Of a stretch of DNA of 43,148 bases, positions 35,290 to 43,148 are shown in pieces. The position numbers and the translations under genes are program-made. Source of the stretch: an uncultured Rhodospirillaceae bacterium (lineage in GTDB: Bacteria; Pseudomonadota; Alphaproteobacteria; MPNO01; UBA2964); assembly GCA_964477025.1 (NCBI GenBank), contig CAYZDH010000002.1, positions 1 through 43,148 of the forward strand, given 5' to 3'. Positions within the stretch are counted from its first letter, which is position 1. The number at the start of each line of letters is the position of its first letter. The notes beneath the pieces are model-generated. The model had not been told where the DNA came from and did not search any database. It saw only the letters and a list, made by a program, of their open reading frames with translations.

Positions 35290-35483
35290 AAAATTTTGGA
35301 ATTAAAGCAGGGCAAAAGCTGTCTCCTGGGCGGAACCTTTGTTACAGCATGTGCTCCCCTGAGACGATATAAATAAGGTAATAGGTTCCTCGCTTTTGTT
35401 TCAGGCACTGGATCGGCAGTCCAGAGTATTAATGAATATAGAATGTTTTTATTTTGAAACTCTATTAGTCCCTGTGAAATAGG

Positions 35484-35711
35484 ATGGCAGGTATGAAATT
35501 CCTTGGTGTACTGCTAGGTGTAGGACTAATTTTTTTCTTCCTTATTCATCACAAAAAAAATCAACTAGAATTTGCCTCAGAAAAACTAATTTGTTTGAAA
35601 GCATTAAATTCAGGTTGGACTGATTGGGATTACGCATTTCTAGGTGGTATTCTGGTGAGAGAAGCAAAAGAAAAAGGTTTCACCATCGAGAAATGTCAGA
35701 GGCTGAGGTAA
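35484..35711 (+). CDS. hypothetical small membrane-anchored protein (doubtful)
   Basis: 75-aa ORF with one N-terminal hydrophobic helix (FLGVLLGVGLIFFFLI). It has no recognisable family and a weak RBS. Confidence 0.25.
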   Translation: MAGMKFLGVLLGVGLIFFFLIHHKKNQLEFASEKLICLKALNSGWTDWDYAFLGGILVREAKEKGFTIEKCQRLR

Positions 35712-35844
35712 TTTCTTTCTACTGAACCCGCCTGGACACAGGAGGCTTGTGAGTAAATAACAGGTTTGCTTTAAGGTACTTAAAAGCAGTGATACAGTTG
35801 ACTTCAGTGGGTTGGGTAGATTACACCAGCGCCACACCTACTGC

Positions 35845-35921
35845 GGGGGTGTAGCTCAGCTGGTTAGAGCGCTGGCCTGTCACGCCAGAGGTCGCGGGTT
35901 CGAGTCCCGTCACTCCCGCCA
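35845..35921 (+). tRNA. tRNA-Asp: tRNA-Asp, anticodon GUC, CCA encoded
   Basis: The acceptor stem pairs GGGGGTG with CACTCCC. It has the D arm TAGCTCAGCTGGTTAGAGC, the anticodon stem-loop CTGGC-CTGTCAC-GCCAG and the T arm GGTTCGAGTCC. Confidence 0.93.
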
Positions 35922-35971
35922 TTTTAGACTTAAGCTGTCATAGAAGTGCTGTCGAATTTGGTTGTTATCGT

Positions 35972-37096
35972 TTAGTTTCCCGCCCGAATTTTTTCTTCAT
36001 TAAAAATATCCCCCATTTCTGATCTAATTCCTTTGGACTCGATATCGTCCAGCCACATCTTGTGAATTTGTGGCATCTGGTTTTCGTATTCGATTTGAGC
36101 GCCCCCATCCTCGACCGATTTGTCTACATTACCACTCCAAATTTCTTTTTTAGCCCAGGTCATAGGATAGCGTACCGTTCCGAATTGTAACGCTAGGTAT
36201 CGAGATGGTGTTCTTCCGGTATTAAAGTGCTGATGGAACATCTGTTCCGGTGGTGTCACGACAACGCCGTGATCCCAGTCAACTCGGACGAGATCATCTT
36301 CTTCGCCTTCATACCATAGGAGAGAGTAGCCTTCCCCATCTATGGTGAAGACATTAGTACCACACATATGCCTATGTGCCTTTTTGTAGGTGCCGGTTAT
36401 AATTTGCGAGGTGTGACAGCCAATCGTGCCGTCTGATAAAATCCAGCGTAAGCTGGAAGATCCCTTTCCTCGCGCCGCCCAATCTTTGAGTTCAAAATTA
36501 GTAATGTCAGCTACAAAATTAGTTTCCCATTGATGGCTTCCGGGCCGCATTTCGATCATCTCCCCTTCACCCGTGAAGTAGCCGTTTGGCCCTAATCTTT
36601 CGGGAAAGGTCATGGGGTTGTTGAAAATGAAATCCTCGTTTCTGAATAGATTGATTAGGAATGAGAAATTGTGAACGGTTGCGAACCGAGCCGGTTCCTG
36701 CCCGGAACCGTTAAAATGTTGATATTTGGAGTTTACAGGGACAGCGAAGAGTGAATTTCTTCCCCATTCGAAGCTATGTTTCTGACCGTCAGGAGTTTCT
36801 ATAGTTGTGGACCCGCTACCCTCAATTATGTAGACCACTTCCTCATAAATGTGCTGCATCTGGTTTGAACTACTGCCGGGGGGTAATTCAAAGCAAAATA
36901 TCGAATTAAAGTCGTCGCGGCCCTTAAGTAAGCAGACTGCGCCATGCATGCCATATCGATCCCAAGGGGCAACATCAATCTTCATGAGATTGATTCCGAA
37001 ATCTTCGTGGACAGGGACGGGCTCCTTGTCGCACCAGTCGAGAAAGTTGTCGTGTAAGAATACGCGTGTTTGATTGTTAACAGCTTCGTCTGCCAT
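35972..37096 (-). CDS. bicupin protein, dioxygenase-like; function unknown
   Basis: I chose the ATG (Met6) 7 nt after GGAGGA. There are two cupin barrels. The C-terminal one has G.....HRH...N......G plus P.E...HQHFN. In the N-terminal one the first His is replaced (MQH). Confidence 0.7.
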   Translation of the reverse strand: MADEAVNNQTRVFLHDNFLDWCDKEPVPVHEDFGINLMKIDVAPWDRYGMHGAVCLLKGRDDFNSIFCFELPPGSSSNQMQHIYEEVVYIIEGSGSTTIETPDGQKHSFEWGRNSLFAVPVNSKYQHFNGSGQEPARFATVHNFSFLINLFRNEDFIFNNPMTFPERLGPNGYFTGEGEMIEMRPGSHQWETNFVADITNFELKDWAARGKGSSSLRWILSDGTIGCHTSQIITGTYKKAHRHMCGTNVFTIDGEGYSLLWYEGEEDDLVRVDWDHGVVVTPPEQMFHQHFNTGRTPSRYLALQFGTVRYPMTWAKKEIWSGNVDKSVEDGGAQIEYENQMPQIHKMWLDDIESKGIRSEMGDIFNEEKIRAGN

Positions 37097-37441
37097 CAAG
37101 CTTTCCTCCAAATTTATTCCTTATTATAGGCAATGTACGAACCTCCGATTGCGGGGTCAAATCCTCTGGGAAGAGGCTTAAAACTTTGAGCTAATATTCA
37201 GGCTAGAGGGGTTTGATCTTAATGGAAATTACTCGTATAAAATGATCAACTTTTGATTTGTAAGAGGGCACGCTAGAGGAAATTTCTGTATAACCTTGTG
37301 CGAAGGATTCATTAATGGTTATTAGAGATATCGATGGTAAAGCGTAAAACGTAAAAGGTTCTTTGGGTTGCTTTTAAGTAAAGTTTTGAGAGTTAGGGCG
37401 GTGCTTATTCCAAGTTCCGGTTTTATTAGGTAAGAGGTCCA

Positions 37442-37807
37442 ATGGACTCTTTGTTAAGAGAATATCTCCCGATTCTTATATTTTTAGGAATTGCTGTCGG
37501 GTTGGCTTTAGTAATAGTTACCGCCTCTTACATTGTTGCCAAACAAAAACCTGACTCGGAAAAGGAATCACCATACGAATGCGGGTTTGCCCCGTTTAAC
37601 GACGCTCGCCGCCAATTTGACGTTCGCTTTTATCTAGTCGCAATTTTATTCATTATCTTTGATTTAGAGGTTGCATTTTTATTTCCTTGGGCAATTTCGC
37701 TTGGGTCAATTGGCTTGCTTGGGTTTTGGTCGATGATGGTTTTTCTAGGAATTCTGACGATTGGTTTCATATATGAGTGGAAAAAGGGTGCGCTGGAATG
37801 GGAGTGA
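37442..37807 (+). CDS. nuoA: NADH-quinone oxidoreductase subunit A
   Basis: 121 aa containing [27 protein letters not shown]. It is the first gene of the nuo cluster. Confidence 0.93.
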   Translation: MDSLLREYLPILIFLGIAVGLALVIVTASYIVAKQKPDSEKESPYECGFAPFNDARRQFDVRFYLVAILFIIFDLEVAFLFPWAISLGSIGLLGFWSMMVFLGILTIGFIYEWKKGALEWE

Positions 37808-38319
37808 TTGAACAAGGACAAAGTCAGGCGACTATTCTGAAAAATGTGACTGATGAAATTTCGGATAAGGGTTTCGTTGTCGCAAAGCTCGATAAACTCG
37901 TAAGTTGGGCGCAGTCTGGATCTCTTTGGCCTATGACATTTGGACTTGCATGTTGTGCGGTGGAAATGATGCACACCGCCGCAAGCCGTTACGACCTTGA
38001 CCGGTTTGGTGTAGTGTTTCGACCGAGCCCCCGTCAATCAGACGTAATGATTGTTGCCGGAACCTTAACCAACAAAATGGCGCCAGCTTTGCGTAAGGTT
38101 TATGATCAGATGGCAGAGCCCCGCTGGGTTATTTCTATGGGATCTTGTGCAAATGGGGGCGGTTATTACCATTATTCGTATTCTGTTGTTCGGGGTTGCG
38201 ACCGAATTGTTCCGGTGGACGTCTATGTGCCCGGGTGCCCCCCGACGGCTGAAGCGCTACTTTATGGCGTTTTGCAACTTCAGAAAAAAATCCGACGAAC
38301 TAGTACGATTGCTCGTTGA
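37798..38319 (+). CDS. nuoB: NADH-quinone oxidoreductase subunit B
   Basis: I chose the ATG (Met8 of the tracked ORF), which overlaps nuoA by 10 nt. Motifs are [18 protein letters not shown] and GCPP. Confidence 0.93.
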   Translation: MGVIEQGQSQATILKNVTDEISDKGFVVAKLDKLVSWAQSGSLWPMTFGLACCAVEMMHTAASRYDLDRFGVVFRPSPRQSDVMIVAGTLTNKMAPALRKVYDQMAEPRWVISMGSCANGGGYYHYSYSVVRGCDRIVPVDVYVPGCPPTAEALLYGVLQLQKKIRRTSTIAR

Positions 38320-38340
38320 TCGACATTTGGCATAGGAATA

Positions 38341-38961
38341 ATGAACAAAAACCTCCAGGAACTCGGAGATTATTTAAAGAATGCGTTGCCGGGCGCAGTA
38401 GAAAAGATCTCCGAGGATCACGACCAGCTGATTGTAGTTTGTAAGCAGGGTGGTATTGCATCATTTCTGACGTTTTTGCGGGATGATTCAAACTGCTTGT
38501 TTAAGGTGCTCCTAGATATTTGTGGTGTTGATTACCCTGAAAGAGAAAAACGTTTTGAGGTTGTCTATCACCTTCAAAGCTTACGTTTAAACCAACGAAT
38601 TCGTGTAAAGGTGGAATGCAGCGACAGTGATATTATTCCCTCAGTCTCGGGCGTTTATAGCTCGGCAAATTGGTATGAAAGGGAAACGTACGATTTTTTT
38701 GGAATTATGTTTTCTGACCATCCAGACTTACGACGCTTGCTGACAGATTATGGGTTTGACGGGCACCCCCTCCGGAAAGATTTCCCTCTGACGGGGTATG
38801 TTGAGGTCAGGTACGATGAAGAACAAAAGCGTGTCGTCTATGAACCGGTAAAATTGACGCAGGCGTTCCGAAGCTTTGATTTTATGAGCCCCTGGGAAGG
38901 CGCTGAATATATTCTTCCCGGTGATGAGAAAGCGGACGATTCCGCTCAAGGGGACAACTGA
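38341..38961 (+). CDS. nuoC: NADH-quinone oxidoreductase subunit C
   Basis: 206 aa with the 30-kDa subunit motifs [22 protein letters not shown]. Confidence 0.93.
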   Translation: MNKNLQELGDYLKNALPGAVEKISEDHDQLIVVCKQGGIASFLTFLRDDSNCLFKVLLDICGVDYPEREKRFEVVYHLQSLRLNQRIRVKVECSDSDIIPSVSGVYSSANWYERETYDFFGIMFSDHPDLRRLLTDYGFDGHPLRKDFPLTGYVEVRYDEEQKRVVYEPVKLTQAFRSFDFMSPWEGAEYILPGDEKADDSAQGDN

Positions 38962-40139
38962 TGGCTGTCGCTGAAATTAAAAATTTAACTATGAACTTTG
39001 GTCCGCAGCATCCTGCAGCGCATGGTGTGTTGCGGCTCGTGCTGGAGATGGATGGTGAAATCGTTGAACGCGCTGACCCTCATATAGGATTGCTACATCG
39101 TGGCACAGAAAAGCTAATCGAAAATAAAACTTATCTTCAGGCGGTCCCTTACTTCGACCGGCTAGATTACGTATCCCCCATGTGTCAGGAACATGCTTTT
39201 GCTCTCGCTATAGAAAATTTACTCGGCATAACTCCTCCGTTGCGGGGACAATATATTCGTGTGCTTTATTCAGAAATTACGCGAATTTTGAACCATCTTC
39301 TCAATATTTCAGCTTTTGCGTTGGATGTCGGGGCTATGACCCCACTGTTGTGGTGGTTTGAAGAACGTGAAGTCCTCATGGAGTTTTATGAAAGGGTTTC
39401 GGGTGCGCGTCTCCATTCAGCTTATTTTCGACCGGGTGGTGTTCACCGCGACATGCCCGAAGGGCTCGCAGACGATATCATGGCATTCGTTGACCGCTTT
39501 CCAAAGATGATCGATGACGTAGAACATCTTTTGACTGAAAATAGGATTTTTAAGCAGCGCACCGTTGATATTGGTATTGCGACGGCCGAAGAGGCAATGG
39601 ATTGGGGTTTTTCCGGGCCAATGCTTCGCGGTTCTGGGGTCGCGTGGGATCTACGTAAATCAGAGCCCTACGATGTTTATGGCAAGATGGATTTCGATAT
39701 TCCAGTTGGTAAAAACGGTGACTGTTATGATCGCTACCTTCTTAGACTTGAAGAGATGCGCCAGTCATTGCGGATCATGAGGCAATGCCTAGAAGAGATG
39801 CCTGGTGGGGCTGTACGTTCCAACGATCCAAAGATTTCGCCTCCAAGGCGTGCCGATATGAAAACTTCGATGGAAGCTTTAATACATCACTTTAAACTTT
39901 ATACCGAGGGATATCACGTGGAACCCGGCGAAACTTACACTGCCGTAGAGGCTCCCAAAGGTGAGTTTGGGGTATATGTGGTCTCTGACGGTAGTAACAA
40001 GCCGTATCGTTGCAAAATCAGGGCGCCGGGTTTTGCATTTTTGCAGGCGACCGATTTCTTGGGTCGAGGGTCCATGCTTGCGGATATCGTGGCTATTGTG
40101 GGTTCGATGGATATTGTTTTTGGCGAGATTGACAGATGA
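38961..40139 (+). CDS. nuoD: NADH-quinone oxidoreductase subunit D
   Basis: 392 aa containing [15 protein letters not shown] and [10 protein letters not shown]. Its start overlaps the nuoC stop (TGATG). Confidence 0.95.
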   Translation: MAVAEIKNLTMNFGPQHPAAHGVLRLVLEMDGEIVERADPHIGLLHRGTEKLIENKTYLQAVPYFDRLDYVSPMCQEHAFALAIENLLGITPPLRGQYIRVLYSEITRILNHLLNISAFALDVGAMTPLLWWFEEREVLMEFYERVSGARLHSAYFRPGGVHRDMPEGLADDIMAFVDRFPKMIDDVEHLLTENRIFKQRTVDIGIATAEEAMDWGFSGPMLRGSGVAWDLRKSEPYDVYGKMDFDIPVGKNGDCYDRYLLRLEEMRQSLRIMRQCLEEMPGGAVRSNDPKISPPRRADMKTSMEALIHHFKLYTEGYHVEPGETYTAVEAPKGEFGVYVVSDGSNKPYRCKIRAPGFAFLQATDFLGRGSMLADIVAIVGSMDIVFGEIDR

Positions 40140-40744
40140 CGGCCAATAACGAGCAACCCAAAGAATTTAGTTTTGATAAAAGCCATGATGGTGAAGCTCG
40201 TAAAATAATTGGACGTTATCCGGAAGGTAGACAAGCGAGTGCAGTAATACCGCTCTTGGATTTGGCTCAACGCCAGTACGGAGGTTGGTTGCCAACGGCC
40301 GCAATGAACCACGTTGCTGATGTTTTGGAAATGCCGGCAATTCGGGTTTATGAAGTTGCTAGCTTTTACACGATGTACAACCTTGACCCTGTTGGTGAAA
40401 ACTTTGTTCAAGTATGCACCACTATACCCTGCGCATTGAAAGGGTGTGATATCGTTCTGGACTCCTGTCGAGATGAACTTGGTATCGATGTGGGTGAAAC
40501 GACATCAGATAATAAGTTCACTTTGAGAGAGGTGGAATGTTTAGGAGCTTGTGTGAATGCGCCGATGATGCAGATCGGTGATGATTACTACGAGGATCTG
40601 GATGCTGAAAAGACGAAAGTCGTTCTAAAGGCATTACGTAATGGGGAGACACCAAAGCCAGGGCCTCAAGGTAAACGGAAGGGTTCTGAACCTGCAGCGG
40701 GTTTGACTTCTCTAACTGAGCGCAACGACAATAAAGGGGCTTAG
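40136..40744 (+). CDS. nuoE: NADH-quinone oxidoreductase subunit E
   Basis: 202 aa with the 2Fe-2S Cys pattern (VCTTIPC ... ECLGAC). It overlaps nuoD by ATGA. Confidence 0.93.
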   Translation: MTANNEQPKEFSFDKSHDGEARKIIGRYPEGRQASAVIPLLDLAQRQYGGWLPTAAMNHVADVLEMPAIRVYEVASFYTMYNLDPVGENFVQVCTTIPCALKGCDIVLDSCRDELGIDVGETTSDNKFTLREVECLGACVNAPMMQIGDDYYEDLDAEKTKVVLKALRNGETPKPGPQGKRKGSEPAAGLTSLTERNDNKGA

Positions 40745-40754
40745 GTAAGTAATT

Positions 40755-42041
40755 ATGTTGAAGGACGCTGATCGAATATTTACTAACATATACGGTTTGG
40801 ATGACTGGCGCCTTGAAGGCGCGCGCCAGCGAGGGGATTGGGATGGTACCAAAGAGATTATGGCCAAGGGCCGGGATTGGATCGTCGAAGAAGTAAAATC
40901 TTCTGGGCTACGAGGGCGAGGCGGTGCTGGTTTCCCCAGTGGTCTAAAATGGTCATTTATGCCGAAGGAGCCGACTGGGCGGCCTCATTATCTCGTAGTT
41001 AATGCTGACGAAGGGGAGCCCGGAACTTGTAAGGATCGCGACATGATGCGTAACGATCCTCATAAGTTAGTTGAAGGTTGCTTGCTCGCTGGATTTGGGA
41101 TGGGGGCCGACGCTGCTTATATTTATATTCGAGGAGAATTCTATCGAGAGGCGGAGCACTTACAACATGCCATTGACGAGGCATATGAAGCCGGTTTGAT
41201 TGGTAAAGACGCTTGTGGTTCTGGCTACAACTTTGATGTTTATCTGCATAGGGGTGCGGGTGCCTATATTTGTGGAGAAGAAATGGCCCTCATCGAGAGC
41301 CTTGAGGGTAAAAAGGGAATGCCGCGTTTGAAGCCGCCCTTTCCTGCTGTTATGGGGCTTTATGGTTGCCCAACAACAGTAAATAATGTTGAGACTATAG
41401 CGGTCGTTGCAACAATATTGCGTCGGGGTGGCGACTGGTTTTCCTCTTTCGGTCGGGAAAATAATACTGGAACAAAGGTTTTCTGTATTTCTGGGCACGT
41501 TAATAACCCGTGTAATGTCGAAGAGGAAATGGGTATTCCATTGAAGGAGCTTATTGAAAAGCATGCAGGAGGTGTGGTTGGCGGCTGGGATAATTTGAAA
41601 GCGGTTATTCCAGGCGGTGCGTCTGTTCCGCTCTTACCTAAATCTGACTGTGATACCGTTTTGATGGATTACGATTCATTGAAAGAGGTTCGGTCGGGGC
41701 TGGGTACTGGGGCCGTTATCGTGATGGACAAATCAACAGACGTTATTGCAGCAATCGCGCGATTGTCAAAATTCTACAAACACGAAAGCTGCGGTCAGTG
41801 CACACCATGTCGGGAGGGAACCGGTTGGATGTGGCGTGTGATGGAGAGGCTGGTTGTCGGTGATGCAGAGATAGATGAAATAGATATTTTACTAGATGTT
41901 GCGAGTCAGGTTGAAGGCCATACGATTTGTGCGCTCGGTGACGCTGCCGCCTGGCCAATTCAGGGTTTAGTGCGGCATTTCCGCGACGAGATTGAGGACC
42001 GCATCAACAATCGTCAACAAAGTACCGAAGTGGCCGCCTGA
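40755..42041 (+). CDS. nuoF: NADH-quinone oxidoreductase subunit F
   Basis: 428 aa with the FMN/NADH motifs [10 protein letters not shown] and [10 protein letters not shown], and the 4Fe-4S motif [12 protein letters not shown]. Confidence 0.95.
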   Translation: MLKDADRIFTNIYGLDDWRLEGARQRGDWDGTKEIMAKGRDWIVEEVKSSGLRGRGGAGFPSGLKWSFMPKEPTGRPHYLVVNADEGEPGTCKDRDMMRNDPHKLVEGCLLAGFGMGADAAYIYIRGEFYREAEHLQHAIDEAYEAGLIGKDACGSGYNFDVYLHRGAGAYICGEEMALIESLEGKKGMPRLKPPFPAVMGLYGCPTTVNNVETIAVVATILRRGGDWFSSFGRENNTGTKVFCISGHVNNPCNVEEEMGIPLKELIEKHAGGVVGGWDNLKAVIPGGASVPLLPKSDCDTVLMDYDSLKEVRSGLGTGAVIVMDKSTDVIAAIARLSKFYKHESCGQCTPCREGTGWMWRVMERLVVGDAEIDEIDILLDVASQVEGHTICALGDAAAWPIQGLVRHFRDEIEDRINNRQQSTEVAA

Positions 42042-42054
42042 GTGGATTAGAAAA

Positions 42055-43148
42055 ATGCCAAAACTTACTATAGATGACGTGGAGATTGAAGTTCAGGACG
42101 GTATTACGGTTCTTCAGGCTTGTGAAATCGCTGGAGTGGAAATCCCAAGGTTTTGCTATCATGAGCGGCTTTCGGTTGCCGGCAATTGCCGAATGTGTCT
42201 GGTAGAGGTATCCCCTGGACCTCCTAAGCCGGCTGCATCCTGTGCATTGCCTGTTGGTGAGGGTATGATCGTTAAAACCAATTCCCCCATGGTTAAGAAG
42301 GCTCGAGAGGGGGTTATGGAGTTTCTGTTAATAAATCATCCGTTGGATTGTCCAATTTGTGACCAGGGCGGAGAGTGTGATTTACAGGATCAGGCTATGG
42401 CTTATGGGGCGGGTAATTCGCGTTATGAAGAGAATAAACGTGCGGTTCGCGACAAAGACCTTGGACCCTTGGTAAAAACGCAAATGACACGCTGCATTCA
42501 TTGTACGCGTTGTGTTCGTTTTGCAACCGAAGTTGCGGGTGTCCAGGAGCTAGGAGCGACCGGACGCGGCGAAAGCATGGAGGTTGGAACTTATATTGAA
42601 AAGGCTCTCACCTCAGAACTCTCTGCTAATATTATAGATCTTTGTCCTGTTGGCGCATTAACATCAAAACCTTACGCCTTTGTCGCGCGTCCCTGGGAGC
42701 TTGCCCGGACTGAAACGATTGATGTTTTAGATGCGGTCGGTAGCAATATTCGCGTTGACTCCCGCGGTTCAGAGGTTCTGCGTGTTCTCCCTGTTCTAAA
42801 CGAAGATATAAATGAAGAGTGGATCTCCGATAAGACACGTTACGCATGCGATGGTTTGAAGCGTCAGCGTCTAGATACCCCCTATGTTCGGCGTGATGGT
42901 TCTTTGCAGTCGGCTAGTTGGGATGAAGCATTTGCTGCAATAGCTGAAAACATTAAGGACAAAGAGGGTTCAAAGGTAGCTGCGATTGCCGGTGATCTTG
43001 TGGATTGTGAATCAGTCATGGCTTTAACCGATTTGATGGAGGGGCTGGGCTCCCCCCACACTGATTGCCGACAAGATGGAGCTAAATTAGATGCGACGGT
43101 GCGCGCGTCTTATATCTTTAATTCAAAAATTGTTGGCATTGAAGATGC
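42055..43148 (+). CDS. nuoG: NADH-quinone oxidoreductase subunit G (5' part; continues beyond the window)
   Basis: Absent from the ORF track because it has no stop in the window. From the ATG at ~42055 it reads [52 protein letters not shown]..., followed by [18 protein letters not shown]. Confidence 0.9.
   Translation, partial: MPKLTIDDVEIEVQDGITVLQACEIAGVEIPRFCYHERLSVAGNCRMCLVEVSPGPPKPAASCALPVGEGMIVKTNSPMVKKAREGVMEFLLINHPLDCPICDQGGECDLQDQAMAYGAGNSRYEENKRAVRDKDLGPLVKTQMTRCIHCTRCVRFATEVAGVQELGATGRGESMEVGTYIEKALTSELSANIIDLCPVGALTSKPYAFVARPWELARTETIDVLDAVGSNIRVDSRGSEVLRVLPVLNEDINEEWISDKTRYACDGLKRQRLDTPYVRRDGSLQSASWDEAFAAIAENIKDKEGSKVAAIAGDLVDCESVMALTDLMEGLGSPHTDCRQDGAKLDATVRASYIFNSKIVGIED

Noticed and set aside
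1-43148. Scan for CRISPR arrays, rRNA genes, IS elements/transposases, integrases, toxin-antitoxin pairs or known defence-system gene patterns.
   Set aside because: I saw no regularly spaced repeats, no rRNA-like sequence, and no ORF with recombinase, nuclease/helicase-defence or small paired-ORF architecture. Every large ORF is accounted for by metabolic, transport or housekeeping families.

Overview
This 43.1-kb chromosomal window has the gene content and order of an alphaproteobacterium. It is moderately AT-rich and its proteins are Lys-rich; the exact taxon cannot be determined by eye. The conserved backbone is nnr, tRNA-Leu(UAG), tig-clpP-clpX-lon-hupB, tRNA-Val(UAC), then tRNA-Asp(GUC), nuoABCDEF and the 5' part of nuoG. 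Two accessory catabolism/transport blocks flank or interrupt this backbone. Block 1 (1-14.8 kb) holds: the 3' end of an XDH-type Mo subunit; an ornithine-cyclodeaminase-family gene; an AtzD/barbiturase-family ring-opening amidohydrolase translationally coupled (ATGA overlap) to a two-Cys maleate-isomerase/arylmalonate-decarboxylase-like enzyme; a TAXI-TRAP transporter; an HCHL-like crotonase with a polybasic tail; a salicylate-hydroxylase/NicC-like flavin monooxygenase; an orphan form-II CoxL-like Mo-hydroxylase large subunit; an MFS transporter; a NicF/CSHase-like cysteine amidohydrolase; and a second crotonase. Block 2 (23.9-35.3 kb, bounded by tRNA-Val and tRNA-Asp) holds: a UbiD-family decarboxylase / acyl-CoA ligase / enolase-superfamily operon; a VOC protein; an atypical TTT transporter; and an FAD-binding flavoprotein. 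The TTT transporter consists of a TctC with a poly-Lys C-terminal module, a TctA fused to a TctB-like domain, and a second TctC interrupted by one in-frame TAG. I recognised no transcriptional regulator, integrase, transposase, CRISPR array or rRNA. The best candidates for undescribed biology are (i) the AtzD-like hydrolase + racemase/isomerase pair, (ii) the cationic Cys-pair beta module on two periplasmic TctC-type binding proteins together with the TctA-TctB fusion, and (iii) the UbiD/CoA-ligase/enolase operon on the tRNA-bounded island. Functional calls come from motif recognition by eye. Coordinates of RNA genes and hairpins were hand-counted and may be off by 1-2 nt.
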